Origin: Spirogloea muscicola
Lineage: Eukaryota
Direction of reading: 5' to 3'
Assembly (NCBI GenBank): GCA_009602725.1
Contig: WELB01000010.1
Coordinates: forward strand, 18,790 to 82,789
Length of the DNA: 64,000 nucleotides
Shown here: one piece after another, positions 24,924-38,216 of the stretch
Layout of the letters: each line of letters begins with the position of its first letter
Numbering within the stretch: the first letter of the stretch is position 1
The notes under the pieces: model-generated
Told to the model about the DNA's origin: nothing
Databases searched by the model: none
The model's input: only the letters and a program-made list of their open reading frames with translations
Translations under genes and position numbers: made by a program

Positions 24924-26871
24924 TCAGAGTATTGTGCACGTTCCAGAAGAGCGGCCCTCTGGGCCTCTCGCAGGCCGGGAGCCTGCCTGGGCAGCCAGTC
25001 TACCTCCTTCAGCATTGTACGTGAACTCATTTGTGTCCAGCCCATACTGCAAGGAGCAGCCCGACATGGCACAGTCAGGTGTGCAAGGCGACAGCATCGA
25101 GCGGTCCAGCCTCAAGCACGGATCACTAGGTCAATGAGCAAGACATGATGCCTGAGTGAGTGGAGCCGCAGGATCTGAAGTGGCTTGCATCGAGCTAGCC
25201 AGCACCTCACACTCAAAAGCACACCTTGTCGAGCATGCGCGTTCGCCAGGGGTCAGTCTTGCCGGCACTCCTAGGGTCGGCGGCACTTGCTGTCGGCGGC
25301 AACGATGCCACATGGGCAGGCGCCGCGGCCTGACGCGGCAACAGCGGCTGCCTTCCTGCGGGTCGAAGGTACTCGTCATCCTCGTCCTCAAAGTGCCTCC
25401 TGCCATCCTGCATAGCCCGCAGCGTCATCGCCAGCAGGAGTGCAAGGACCTGTTCACAAGGCATGGTGAGGCCCGAGGCCTAAGTCAGAAACAAGCCCAG
25501 TCCACCAGCACGTGGCTAGCAGGCTGTGCTGCGCGCTTCTGCAGGACCTTGTTAATGAAAGAGGGTCCAACACATGTGTCATGTTTAGCTTGCAGCAGCG
25601 CTCCAGTCGTAATCACCTCAAGGCTGATAATGGCAAGGCCAACCCACTTGCAAATCTCCAGGTTTTGGAGAACAAACTCCTTGGTGTGCTCCAGCTCTCC
25701 TGTGGGGTCATCGGGCAGGTCCTGCACAGATACCAACGAGCATTGGCGATGAGCTGAGGCATGTACGCCAGCCATGGCCGAACAGCAAGTCAGTGGTCGT
25801 TCTCCAGCACTTGCAGCCAGAGCTCTGCATCTCCTGTGGTGCATAGAGGATCACTAGGGAGCACAGATTGTCAGGCCACGCAGACGCTGGCTGTTGCTGG
25901 CCGTCTCTACTTGTAACATAGGTACAGCACTGGCTTGCATGACACGCACGACAGCCTCCATGTTGACTCACGAGGCCATAGGCAAAGGCTCTTGCTGCAA
26001 AAGCACTCACCCTCTCCCACGACCTGTCAAGGTAAAGTGCCGCGGCAATGGTGCCCTGAAGGAGCAGCAGGACGCCCAAGCCGAATGTGTACTGCATATA
26101 GAACAGCAGGTGGACTGCCAAGTCAGGAGCTGGGGCCACTCTGAGGCACTCATCCTGCGCATGATCAGACTGACCAACTGGGCTTGACGACCTAACCCAC
26201 GACCGATGTACCGAAAGACCATCCGACTGTCCGCGTGTGCGTTCCAAGAGATGCCAGCAGCACTTGCTTTGACTTGACAGAAGCGGGCATGCGTGAGGAC
26301 AACAAGAGGAGCAGTGAATCGGAGCGAGGAGAGGGGAAGACGTTACGCAGGAGAGGCAGCATGCATGGCCGCTCTCGCCGGCGACCGCACCGATGAAGGT
26401 AACGCAGGCGATGAAGACGCCGGCTCCCAGGAAGGCGTAGATGAACCTGGAAATGGCTGGCAGGCATGAGCTGAGCCAGCTGGCAGAGGCAGGGCATGCT
26501 TGGCTGCGGCCATCGCGGCACTGATTGCAACACGCTGCGGCAGCTGACTTAGGTCGCGGGAAAGGGAGGAAGGCAAGTGAGCACCAGGGCTTGGGGAGCT
26601 CGAAGCGCGGCTCGTCAGAGCCAAGTGCGTCCACCGGGCTGCTCACACTGCCCAGCCTGCCCTTGGTGAGGGCGGCGAGGAAGGAGGGGCCCACGGGGAC
26701 GGAGAAAGGTCCCGCTGGGACGGCAACAGCGGCGGCGACGTCGTCGGGGTCGGTGTGCCGGTTGTACTCGCCGAGCATCCAGACGGCGTACACGACGGCA
26801 AGCACACCGGCGAGCGCCAGGAAGAAGTTGGCCAGCTTCAGCGTGCACAGCAGAAAGCCCTGGCAGCCCAT
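24924..26871 (-). CDS. TOM2A: Tetraspanin-like Tobamovirus multiplication 2A (TOM2A/TET18-20 family) protein
   Basis: MGCQGFLLCTLKLANFFLALAG, LPKPW/FIYAFLGAG, CCLSC/YTF, DLPDDPTGEL...NLEICKWVGL, DPWRTRMLDK/YGLDTNEFTYN and C-terminal CaaX-like CTIL*. Confidence 0.88.
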
Positions 26872-27147
26872 CGTGCCACAGCGACGCCAGCGGAGGCTGT
26901 AGCGGCGGCAACGACGGCGGCGGCAGCGGCAGCAGCGGCGGCGGCGCGAGGGCCGCGCCGCCGGGAACCGGGAGGACGGGTGGTAGTTTGGGAGATGAGA
27001 GCGACTGCCGAAGAGACGGCTGCGAAATAACGGCTGCGTAAGCCAGCAATTTTCACATGGACGGAGTTGGAGTTGCATTTACAGCGGGGAAACTACAACC
27101 TACAGGGAGAAAGTGAAACCAAGAGGGAAAGGATTTCGCACAAGGGG

Positions 27148-27698
27148 AAGAAAGTGCTCGCCCATTGAGAATAGGGGCTGGAACAACCAGCCCGAAAAAG
27201 AATGAACAGAGTACGAGAAGGGGCCCAGGGGAAGTGCTAAGAAACAGGAACAAAGCAGCTACTAGGCACTCAGTAACAAGGGGCTCGACGGCTGGGAGTA
27301 GTTTGTGTGCTTTGCGCCTTCTGGCCCTTCGTTCCCTGCATGTGACGTCTCGACGATGATGCGGAGCCAACAAAGAATAAAGTGCTCGCCCAATGAGAAT
27401 CGGGGCTGGAAAAGCCAGCCCAAAAAGAATCAACAAAGGACGAGAAGGGGGCCAGGGGAAGCGCGAAGAAAACAAGCTCACAAAGAAACAAAGCAGCTAC
27501 GGATCACTCAGTAACCCCTGCTGAGCAGCCTCAGGTCAGAGACGCTAGGCACCTGGAAGTGGGTCCCCTGGCCAGAGCCAAAGGAGCAGCGAGGGCTCTG
27601 CCGGCCCGCAGGCGCAGCGCGCGGGACACTGACCGCTGCAGCGAGACGGCCAAGCGCATCCGGTACACCTGCGCTAGCGACCAGGCTGCAGGAACAAA
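27148..27698 (-). repeat. Two 5'-truncated subfamily B copies (27148-27275 with 8-bp TSD acaagggg; 27380-27698)
   Basis: The second copy encodes YRMRLAVSLQRSVSRALRLRAGRALA...SDLRLLSRGY*. acaagggg flanks the first copy at 27140-27147 and 27276-27283. Confidence 0.82.
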
Positions 27699-30600
27699 GC
27701 GGCTGCTGATATATTTTAGAATTGGCTGTAAACTGCCAGCCAGCTGCATACAAGGTGTTCATGACGGAGCCAAAGGCTAGGCAGACAGGGAGCCCTCAAT
27801 CTCTTACTCCGTTCATTCTTTTTTGGGCTGGCTTATCCAGCCCCTATCCTCAATGGGCGAGCACTTTCTTCAATATCCCGTGTCAGCAGTAGGAGGTCAG
27901 ATGAGCTGAGGGGAGAACGAGCAACCCCGCTGCGCAAACCAGAGGCTGCTGCAAGGGCGCGACCAGCCCGGCGATGCAAAGCAATCGCCTGGGGCCGCTG
28001 TAGGCACATAGATAAACGCATTCGGTAGCAGGAAACAAGACTCGAAAGGCACCGAGCCACTGGGAAGGGCTGCACCCTGTTCCCGGCGTCGCTGGTCAGC
28101 TTAAGAGGCCAGCAGCGTAAGTAATGAGGACCACCAACCCCCGTAACACCCATGGATGTCCATGGCCAGGGGGTAAATGGTATCACCCGCCGGGTGGTCC
28201 TTGTACTTGTGCAACTTCTTCTGTTCGGCCACCTTCATAGCCGGTCTCAGAAGTAATGGGGCCCTTCGTCCGGAAGCTGTCAGTTAGGACGACGTCCATG
28301 AGGAGCCGCTTGCCACCTCCCAGGGGGACGCCAACCAGATCGACACGCCTCGTCCGAGGGACCCCTCGCAGAGTTGGACGGACATCACCCCGGTGCTCTC
28401 CAACGCCACTTGATATCCCGCCTCCTTGACGATGCCATACATGGCGTCACGTAGGAGGTTGTGGGAGCCCGTGCGCTCACTGCCTCTGGCACACCTGAGG
28501 ATGTGGTCACCCATGAGCAATGCATCATGCTCAATAAGCACACATTCACATTAGGTCACCCCTGCCAAGCACAGGGATGGTAAGCCAAGGCGGCGGCGCA
28601 TAGAATCGCAAAACAGAGCATATTCCATCCGCAAGCCCGCATGCAAAGGCAAAGCGCGGAGCCACTCAGACGCTCCCAGAGACGTAACAGATAGGAGCCG
28701 AGCCTGGCCTCGAGCATCCCCTTCGAGGAGACTCCGGAGATGCTCCAGTGGTTGCTCGTCTGCAGCACCGGAAAACCGCGATTGAGCCTTAACATCAGAA
28801 ACGTCAGCCCAGGCAGCAAAACGAACAGGCTCATTCACCAGAGGCGGGCATGCGGCAAAGAGGTCCTGTTGGCATGCTTTGAGAGTCACTTGGAAAGGCA
28901 GACTCCCCTGAACCATGTTACAGATGTGAGGCGCCAACAGACTCCCCTGAACCACGTTACAGACGTGAGGCGCCAATACACGTTGTTGCTCAAGGAGGAA
29001 TCGTCCAGATATGGACGGAGCCACTTGAGCCCAGCAGCCAAGGTACGCTGGTCTGCATAAGCGGACCAAGGGGCGACAACCAAGCCCACCGTGGCGTATG
29101 GGCAGCGTACATTGCACCAGTGCTGCTGGAGACTGCTCTAGGAGTGGGTGAGCAATCGGATCAGCAAGGCATTGCTGAAGCTTGACATCGATGGATGCAT
29201 AGATAGCATCCAAGCTGACCGACGGTGGGACCGTACGCAGGAGGTAGCACGGCCGCTGTGCCAAACTCCTGGTCAAAATGGCCACTGCCAACTGAGAGTC
29301 CCCGAGGCTGGGGAGCTCTGGCAGGACCTGCATGTATCCTTGGAGACGAGCAAGGACAGCACCCTCCGAGAAAGACGGGTCCCCTAGTGGCACTCCCAAG
29401 ATCCTCAAGCTGCCCTCTGGGGTCTGACAAGATGTCGGCAACGAGGGGAAGAGGGATGCCAATGGGGGACCAGACAGAGCACTTAGCCGGATTGACCCCA
29501 AGCCCGATAAGCTGGAGCTGGTGCTGAAGCGTGCCGAAAGCTCGCAGCACCTCCTCTGGGGGGCCGAGGAGCGTGGGTGGTATCATCCGCATAGCTCGAG
29601 AGGAGAACGCCAGGGTGAGCGCTCGCCGTGTTGCGCAAAGCACGGTGATGCGCCAGAGCGAAGAGGAAACCACCCATCGGATCACCTTGGCGTGTCCCCG
29701 TCTTTGACTGCAGAACAGCCAAAGAAGTCCCTGCCCCCCACAACAATGCAGATGGCGAGCCATACATGCAGCGGAAGTGAGGGAGGAGGGTGGGAAAGTA
29801 CTGCCTTAGCTCCTCGGCAAGAACCTGCTGATCCACGGAGTTGAAGGCGTTCTGTACGTCCACGCTCAAGGCCAGCCAATGGGGGTTGACATCCAGTGCC
29901 GCTCGTACCCCGTGCACTAGGGTCTCCGCGCCAGCACGCATCCCAGCCCCATACTGGTGGGGATGGAAGTGCGCCTGGGCATCGTCCTGGATCTGCATGA
30001 TCAGGGTGCGCCCCACGAGGCGCGACAGAACCTCCCCCATCGAGATAGGACGCACTCCCCCACTGTCCTTCTGCAAAGCAATGAGATTGCTTGTGCAGAG
30101 GACTGCGCCTATGCGATGGGTGAGGTGTCCGCGCGCAACGTTTGCGCGACCCTAAGCAGCAGATCGAAATTTTCCGAGTCGTCCTCCCCATAGAGCTCCA
30201 GCAAGTGCTCAAAGAGCATGCCCTATGGACCCCAGGCGACTGCCTTGCGGCTACTCACAATTGCCCGACGGAAGACTGCCGGGTCCAGGTCCACCGGTTG
30301 AGCAGGCGTGAAGCTCTCCATCCATGTATCTACTCTTCGCGGGGCCGGAAGATGGAGCTGCTCGAGTGCGGCCAAGGTTGCCGCATCATGTGGTGCTGGT
30401 GTGGAGGGCTCCAAGGCTTGAGCAGCACTGGCAAGGTCGCCGGCTCGGCCAAATTGGATGGCACGTCGCTTGCCCGCCTCCTTGATATCCATTACCGACA
30501 TGGTGGGCGGATAGTTGGCTTGCGCGAGTTGGGCAGCCGCTTGGTGCTTTGCAAGTAGCAGCTGCCACTCCCCACCTTCAAAGAGGTGGAGGCGCAGCAG

Positions 30601-30966
30601 CAGCTCCTTGCGACCTGCCTTCCCCTGCGGCAGGCGACCAAGCAAGAGTCGCGGAAACAACACAAACACACATGCAGCCTCATCCTCGCTGTCACGAGCC
30701 AGACGTGTCAGGAGGGGCCGAAGGGCTCGCCGTGTGTTGGGCCGGGCCCAACACGGGATGTGTCGTAGGAGCTGCGCGTTGGTCGTCTGCAGGATCTCGG
30801 AGACGTGCACGCTCTCCGCCCACCGCCAGTGTTCTGCCGTAGGCCCTGGTGGTGGTGTTGGCATCGCCCCTCTTGTAGCCGGAGCCGCAGGGCTGCGCGG
30901 ACAAGGCCCTCTCATTCGGCCTTCCAGCAGACCTGGGCATGCCGGCAGCTTCAGGTCAGAGCTCAC
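27699..30966 (-). mobile_element. Near-full-length CRE-like non-LTR retrotransposon (RT + zinc knuckle + RLE), frameshifted
   Basis: RT motifs IALQKDSGGVRPISMGEVLSRLVGR, HQYGAG...GAETLVH, SVDVQNAFNSV, GTRQGDPMG, SYADD (29483-30076), LGVNPAKC, LRILGVPLG, LPIRHGGLG, followed by the RLE. The ORF is broken into several frames and the 5' boundary is approximate. Confidence 0.92.
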
Positions 30967-31216
30967 ACTAGCGCCCCTGACGCCCCCGCCGCTCCCGCCC
31001 CCGCCGCCGCCGCCGCCGCCTGCGGCGCGGCCGGCCGAGGCTGGTGCCCGCGCTCAGAGTGCTGCGGCGGGGCCGCCAGTAAGCCGCAGCACTACGGGCC
31101 CTGCTCGCGGCAGCACCCTGGGCCGCCAGCAGCAGCCGCCGCCACTCGTGGGATTATCTCCCGCGGCTCTGAGCTCTCAGTCCCGCCGCCGCAGTCCTCG
31201 GCCTTCTGCAGAAGCG

Positions 31217-34200
31217 ATGACTCCAGAAGTCGCGACTCCGGCTGCGGCACCGCCGGAGGCAGCCCCCGCCGCCTTTGGCCCCACTGCGGCGCCTGCGCGT
31301 GCTGCCACGCACGTCATCCTCGACCTCGACGGCACCCTCTTAGACACAGGTAGCCACCCTGCCGTCCACCTCCTTGCTTGATGTCGTGAAAGTCATTATC
31401 AACATGAGTGTTATACAGTAATAGCTACGGCGCCTTATTAGCCAAATGCTCTATGTGGCGGAGCGGAGCTAGTGGAGACTCGCTGCCGCTACTGCTGCCG
31501 CCACCACAGCGGCTGACTGGCAGCACAACAGCAGCAGGCCATCTTTATGGCAGCTGAGGCTTGGAGCATGGCCACTTCACAGAGTGCCTGGTCCAGGACG
31601 CGTCCCGCACCATTGTCGAGGGGTACGGCCGTACATGGACCACCGCCAATGCCGCCAGCCGGCTCGGCAAGCGACCTCTCGAGGGCTGCGCCTCCGTCGT
31701 CGCGGAGTTTGATCTGCCTTGCACGCCGCACGAGTACCTTGCACAGAGCATCGCCCTCCTGGACGAGCGGTGAGATGTCTCTGCACTGCTTCTTTCTCCC
31801 ACCAGATGCTGCTGGGTGTGTGATTTCTGCCCTCAAAGGCTGCAAACATTATCCAGGCACATAGTCATGCTCCTAAGGTGCAGCAGTCATCTTAGTCCGG
31901 GCTCCAGTGCTTGTGCTTACTTATGCTCTGGGCTTACGGGCAGCTGCTCACGACAGGTGGCACCAGGCCAAGGCATTGCCTGGCGCTGAGCGGCTGCTCA
32001 AGCACCTCCATGCGCACGGCATCCCGACAGCCCTGGCCACCAGCTCTCCGCGGCGCAACCTGGTCAAGAAGCTGGATGTGTATCCAGGCAGGCACACCCA
32101 CACTTTCCCAGACCAATAATAGATTGTCCACGCTCTGAAGCCTCAATCGGAGTTCGGATCTTATCCCATGACTTCAAATGCGTCACGGTGTTCATGCCGC
32201 CAGCAGAGTGGCGAGCGATGCTCAAAGTGATCGTGTGTGGTGACGAGGTGGAGAATGGCAAGCCTGCTCCAGATATGTGAGTCTTGCTCCAGTCACTTTG
32301 GTCCTTGATGCATGTGTCTGCCAGCAGATTCGGGCAGCATGCTTTCTAATCAAGTCACACAACTAGGAACAGCTTCGTTCCTAGTTGTGCGATAAAGTAG
32401 CCTGCTAGCTAACGCGTGCTCCCAGGAGCCGTTGATATTGCAGTAGAGCTTTGCGTTTAGACAAGCTGTCGGCTGATGCTGTAAAGTGCGCTTGCGTGAT
32501 GCCGCCCTGCAGCTTCTTGGAGGCAGCTAGACGACTGGAGGCTGAGCCCAGCAGCTGCCTTGTGGTCGAGGACGCCCCGTGAGCAAAAACTTCCTGCCCC
32601 GCTCAAAGAGCTCACGGAGGCAGCAATGTATGTCGTGGCACACTGTTATGTCACTGTCCCACCAGTGTTGCCGCAGCCTTCAAGCACGGATGGGCAATGT
32701 CCAGCCAGCTGGCTTTACAGCCCAGCAGCAACGCCGTCAAGGCTATGACCTTGAGATGTGTACAGTGGTGCACTGGTTGTGAGTTCAGCGCTGGGGTGGA
32801 GGCCGGCAAAGCCGCCTGCATGCAGGTTGTGGCGGTGCCGTCAATGCCCAAGAAGAGCGACCGTCATCACTATGCATTTGCAGATTTCATTCTTAGCTCT
32901 CTCCTTGACCTGAGGCTTGAGTCATGGGGGCTTCCACCCTTTGATGACTGTGAGTGCACCCAACCTCACAATCGAAGTCTAGGTTAAAGTGGCCGCCACA
33001 TCTTGTTGGTTACCTGGTTTTTGTAGGATGTGGCTGCAGGAATGTTTCACAACAAATGCTTTAATATGAGCAGGTGCACACATCTTGACAGACGGGTTTT
33101 TAAGCAAGTGAGCATGAAGCGTGCAGGGATAGAGGAGGCTTTGCCCATTGATCCGTGGTATGTCGGAGGCCCTGTCATTAAGGGCTTTGGCCGCGGCTCC
33201 AAGGTCCTTGGCATACCAACAGGTCAGATAAGGTCCTCAGAGGCCCAATATGCGCCATTGCTCCACATCCTGATCTTTGTGCACATTTAGATGCTCAAGT
33301 GATGTGAACCAGCTGATGTCGTGGCTTCAGCAAATGTCAGAGCATGGCTTTTGTTTGGCTAGTTAGCTTGAGAGAGGACCTCGCCAATCACTGGCTCAAG
33401 GATGACGTGCAGCGCATCTGCCTCTGCGAATGTGCCACAGCCAACCTTCCCACAGAGGCTTTCTCAAAGCAGCTGGCAGACCACGTGTGCGGCATATACT
33501 TGGGATGGGCTGGCCTGTCTGACAAGGGTACATTTAAGATGGTCATGAGCGTGGGTTGGAATCCGTACTTTGACAACTCAGAGAAGACGGTGGTGAGCGC
33601 ATACTTGCCAATGGCAGCACTCCCACAAGCACTACAACTTACGGGCAATCTAGCAGCGCAGCAGTGCCCTTTCATTGTTCAACTTAGTTGCTAAGGTGAC
33701 CAGGCAGATTGTTAGTTTCTCCCTCCCAAGTTATGCAGCAACTCCGATCTTGCATATGCTAGCATATGGGCTTATACGCAGTGTCATCTAGGATCTGCTG
33801 GCACTGAGGTGCTCATGGCTTTCCCATGCAGGAGCCCTGGTTGTTGCATGAATTTCCTGAAGACTTCTATGGTGAGGAGCTGCGATTAGCTGTTGTCGGC
33901 TACATACGACCAGAGGCGAGCACTACTATTTGACCACAACATCGTGCAAACCCATGTGTGGTTGTTCCACAGCCTTGAAATGTTTTGGCATCGGCTTGTC
34001 AGACTTCAAGGGTGCTCATGATGAACTTGTAGACAGGGCCACAGTGTCATCCCCCACTTTCCAGTGCACATTTGGCACGTTGTGTATTTGCTTGGCAAAT
34101 GCAGGTTTAAGACCAGCCCTTCGTCCTGATCTCCACTTCCTGACTATCGTCTTCCTCTAACAGGCGAACTTTCCAAGTCTGGATGCCCTTGTAGCCCGTA

Positions 34201-34292
34201 TTCATAGGGATGGGGACATTGCGAGAAGAGCGCTGGACGTGCCGCCATTTAGAAATCATTTGACCGATCCATACCTTTTACGACGAGCTTGA
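31217..34292 (+). CDS. FHY: Bifunctional FMN hydrolase (HAD) / riboflavin kinase
   Basis: HAD motifs VILDLDGTLLDT, ALPGAERLLKHL, ALATSS, GDEVENGKPAPDI, CLVVEDAP. Flavokinase motifs GPVIKGFGRGSKVLGIPT/ANL, MVMSVGWNPYFDN, EPWLLHEF..DFYGEELRL, GYIRPE/ANFPSLDALVARI; stop 34290-34292. Confidence 0.95.
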
Positions 34293-34343
34293 CAACGAGC
34301 TTGGCATCGGAGTTTGACAAGGCCGTCAACCTTGATGGAGCAA

Positions 34344-35225
34344 TTAAGATGACATATGGTGCTCATCATATGGTTGACCACCCTTTTCATACAACAATTC
34401 TTTTAGATTGTTGGGAGCAAGAGCCTGCGAGTCCGGCAGTAAGAGCTGTGTCATGAGATATCCCGCCGGTGGCTTATTGATGTCGGTCTGACACAAGGCA
34501 CGTGAGGTGGCTGCACACGTGGACATTGAAGGCACGTCACCTATCAGTTCATTGTGAACCAGGATCCGCAACCACGGCACCTCCAGCTCAATCCGGGTCA
34601 GGGTAAGTGGTAACCCAGTCCCCGCAGCTACCTTGGTTCTCAGAGAAGTAGGCATTTTCTCAGGGTATTTACGCCAGCACTGCTGTTCAACATGACCTGA
34701 CCTTGAACAATATGCACACGTAGCACCAGCAGTCTGACGCGAAGTTGAGCAGTCCTTCTTAAGAAGGCCTTGCCTTCCACAACCATGACACTCTGGGACC
34801 GGGCGAGGATGGCCAGAACATTTCTCAATATACTGAACACCAGAAGTCAAAGCAGCATTAGCACTCTTCATGCCTTTCTGACATTTCAACTTTGGAGGCC
34901 TGTTTGGAGTCCTGTAAACGTCCACTGCCTGCAAATCGCTCGTCCACAATGTGGAGCGCAAAGTCATCAGCTTCCTTTTCCATCATGACCTTGTAAATAT
35001 CTCTAAGGTCATAGTCAGTTTTGCCTAAGGATAAAGACCTTCCTCCGTTTCAAGTTCTGGTAGAACACACCAGGTCATCTGTTGGTAACTCCATTTCAAT
35101 AATCCAGTGCGATATTGATGTAATTCTTTTATTTCTCGCTTTTTCGTTGCTTTTTCGTTTTCTTTCATAATGCAGACCTTGCCAACTGCGTGGACTCCTG
35201 ACATGTCACCTGAATTCTTTACCAA
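34344..35225 (-). mobile_element. Decayed Gag-like remnant with two zinc knuckles (probable LTR retroelement)
   Basis: CHGCGRQGLLKKDC (His lost) and CAYCSRSGHVEQQC (CX2CX4HX4C) in ORF 34344-34967. No pol domain or LTR pair recognised. Confidence 0.55.
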
Positions 35226-36539
35226 TCTGCCCTATCGACATTCCCTAGCAATCGACACTGTATGGCACGCAGCTGAGTGGGGGGCTCCAGGCCCTGATAA
35301 GAAGGACCAGGCACTTGCGGTAGCAGGGGGAGGATCAAGTCAAAACTTTAGACGTGAAGCGTCTGGATATTCGAACACGAGGGTGTAGAGATCCGGGTAC
35401 ATTACTCTTTAGCCAAGGGTATTGGGTTGTAATGCAGCCCTGGGATCCTTTGAACAAGTTTTCTCCTTGCCTTGGCGAGTGTGAGGCTTCTAACTCCCTT
35501 TGACAAGTCATTAAGGCACATGCTTTTCTGCATTCACACCCCCGGAGAACTCCCATCCCTCTCGGTACCCCTTACCAGTTGGTTTTCGGAACACCCGACT
35601 TGGCAGGCGCGCGCGGGATACTTCTCTGAAGTGCTCAGAGAAGTATCCATGCAGAGCTCTGTACAGATGCCCAGCAACTCCAAGCTGGTCTTTTGGCATG
35701 GCATAGTTATTATCAGTCTGGCTGCATTGGTATCAGACAAGAGCTGCTGTTGATGCTTGGCTTGACCTGCATACATTCATACATTTGGAGCACTAGAAGC
35801 ATGTCCAGATGTCTCATTGCGACTGTTTTGGGAGCGCTCTGGTAAAGGAATAGAAGCCTACTGCCTCACTCATGCCCGATCCTGCAGGCCGTTCACTTCG
35901 AAGGGGCAGCTGTCCAGCCTGTTGGGCCGCCTCCTTACCGACTCCCACGAGTAGGCATTTGACCGTCGGACCTTGTCCATCCTTCTCGGGCTGGCCATTC
36001 ATTCTTTCTGGGCTGGCCAATCACAGCCATCGCCCTCTAGTGGAAGAGCCTTTCTCCTTTCACATTCGTCGCCCTGTTGGGAAAGTTTTTCCACTTACGA
36101 AGGATAAATTATCCCACCCGTGAAAGTTTCTCACCATCTCCAGCGGCAGCTCCATGCCAACTCGCTCCACGACTCTTGTTGCGCCTCATTGTGGGCCGGC
36201 ATGCAAGCTGCCTGCCTCCTACTTTCCTTGACCACCTCAGACGTCATTGATTCCTATTGGGCTGGCTTCAGAGACGACTCCCCCTTTTCAATCAACTTTT
36301 CAACAACTTTCTTGTCAGTGGGCCTCTCCATCCTCCAATCTGGCTGGAAGCAGCTGAATTATGCAGCTGCTGACTAGGCATCATGGACACCCGTTCGAGT
36401 TAGCCACTAAGGCAGCTACGTGCTTCAGCTCTTTCCGGCTCCTTCGGACCTTGTCCACTCAATACGGGGCTGGTCCAGAAAGAGGTAGCACCTGTACGTA
36501 AGGCGATGGCTGTGAACGAAACAACTCTTTCAATATAAG

Positions 36540-38216
36540 GCAATAGCTGTGAGAGGCCAACCCAAAGAAGAAGAAAGACACTGCCAGTAGAGGGCGATGG
36601 TTGTGATTGGCCAGCCCAGATGGAATCCACAAGGTCCAAAGAGGCCGAAATGCGCCACAAACACACAGCTATGCAAGGGACTACAGCGCATGGGAGCTTA
36701 CTTACTCCGAGTCAGCAGCCGCAAGTCGGAGTAAATTGCGGCTGGAAAAGAGGCACCCCAACGAGACCCAGAAGTAGCAGCCGCATGCCCACAACTGCAC
36801 TGCTTGAGCCAGGGAAGCCCAAAGGAAAGTACAAAACGAAGAAAGAGTCTACCAGTAGAAGGCGACATAGGTCTGAAGGCCAGCCCAGAAGATACAGCTC
36901 TTATTACAAGCAAGGGGTTGATGTGAGAGGAAAGCCCAAAAGGTTGAGGGTGGTCAAAAACACGTGTAGGAGAATGAGTAAGCTGCACTTGCGTGCAGGT
37001 CATGCCTTGGCTGCTGCCTCCAGGTTCCGTCAGGGCGACGCCTTTCCGCCCTCTGCTAAATCTAACTTGCACTTTGGGCCTCTCTCTGAAGGAAAATTCT
37101 GAAGGTAGAAGGGCAGGAGGCAGAAAGGCTTCGTATCCGCCATTTAGTATTCAGGCATCGATTAGCGACCATTATGTATTGACCCGTGGTTGCTGAGCGG
37201 GTCAATCTGCTGTAGGGTTATGTAGGTCCTTTAAAGTGCTTGCCTTCGTACTTGGCCATTTGGCCTTCACTTGTTTCAAATACACGAAATCTCTCTGACG
37301 TCTTGGAGGCTAGTATCTCTCCGTCCGGCCCTTCCAGACCTTGTACGTTCCTTGGCCTCTCACAGCCATTGCCGACAATTGGAAGAGCTGTTCCCCCCAA
37401 CGACATGCAGATGTGTTTCCGGGTGAGATGGGCCTACCAGCTGCATATCTGTCGTTCTTGCGATGACGCGTTTCGGCCTGTCTGCAGCGTGCTCAGGCAA
37501 ATGCTTTACACCAGAAAGCTAGGCGAGCTCTGGTTGGTGGCCGAAGGGCTTCAAATCTGCCATCTAGTATTCAGGCATCGAATAGCGACCTCTATGTTTT
37601 GACCCGTGGTTACTGAGCGGGTCAATCCACTGTAGGTGATGTGCGTCCCCTGATGTGCTTGCCTTTGTACATGGCCATTTGGCCTTTGTTTGTTTCAAAT
37701 ACACGAAAATCTCCCCAAAGGGGGTCGAGGGCACGGGCCAGCCCTGAATGAGGAAAAGAGCAGTTCTACCCTTGTGAGGCAACGGCTGTGAGAAGAAGTG
37801 GCACTCCCAATGGGGGCAAGTGCTGTGAAAAGCCAGCCCGAAAAGAATTGACAAAGGTTCGAAGGGGCCAAAAACGCTTCGCAGCTACGAAGAGGAAGAG
37901 GCCAGCTCAAAGAAAGAAAGAGCTCTGCCGATGTGAGGCAACGCCGGCAACGGCTGTGAAGAAGCGCGGCTGTGAAAGGGCCAGCCCAGGGAAAGAAAGT
38001 GCTCGCCCATTGAGAATAGGGGCTGGAATAACCAGCCCGAAAAAGAATGAACAGAGTACGAGAAGGGGGCCAGGGGAAGCGCTAAGTAACAGAAACAAAG
38101 CTGCTACGAGACACTCAGTAACCCCTGCTAAGCAGCCGCAGATCAGAGATGCTGGGCTCCTGGAAGTGGGTCCCCTGGCCAGAGCCAGAGGCAGCAGCGA
38201 GGGCTCTGCCGGCACG
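36540..38216. repeat. Cluster of degraded CRE-like 3' ends (LTRSK* at 36698 -, RAGHALAAAS at ~36990 +, D at 37145-37290 and 37565-37710 +, B at 37995-38216 -)
   Basis: Peptide and nucleotide similarity to other copies in the window; runs into the N gap. Confidence 0.72.

Noticed and set aside
35728..35738. tggtatcagac, similar to a tRNA-iMet primer-binding site (also tggcatcggag at ~34302)
   Set aside because: On the + strand, whereas the Gag remnant is on the - strand; no LTR pair found.
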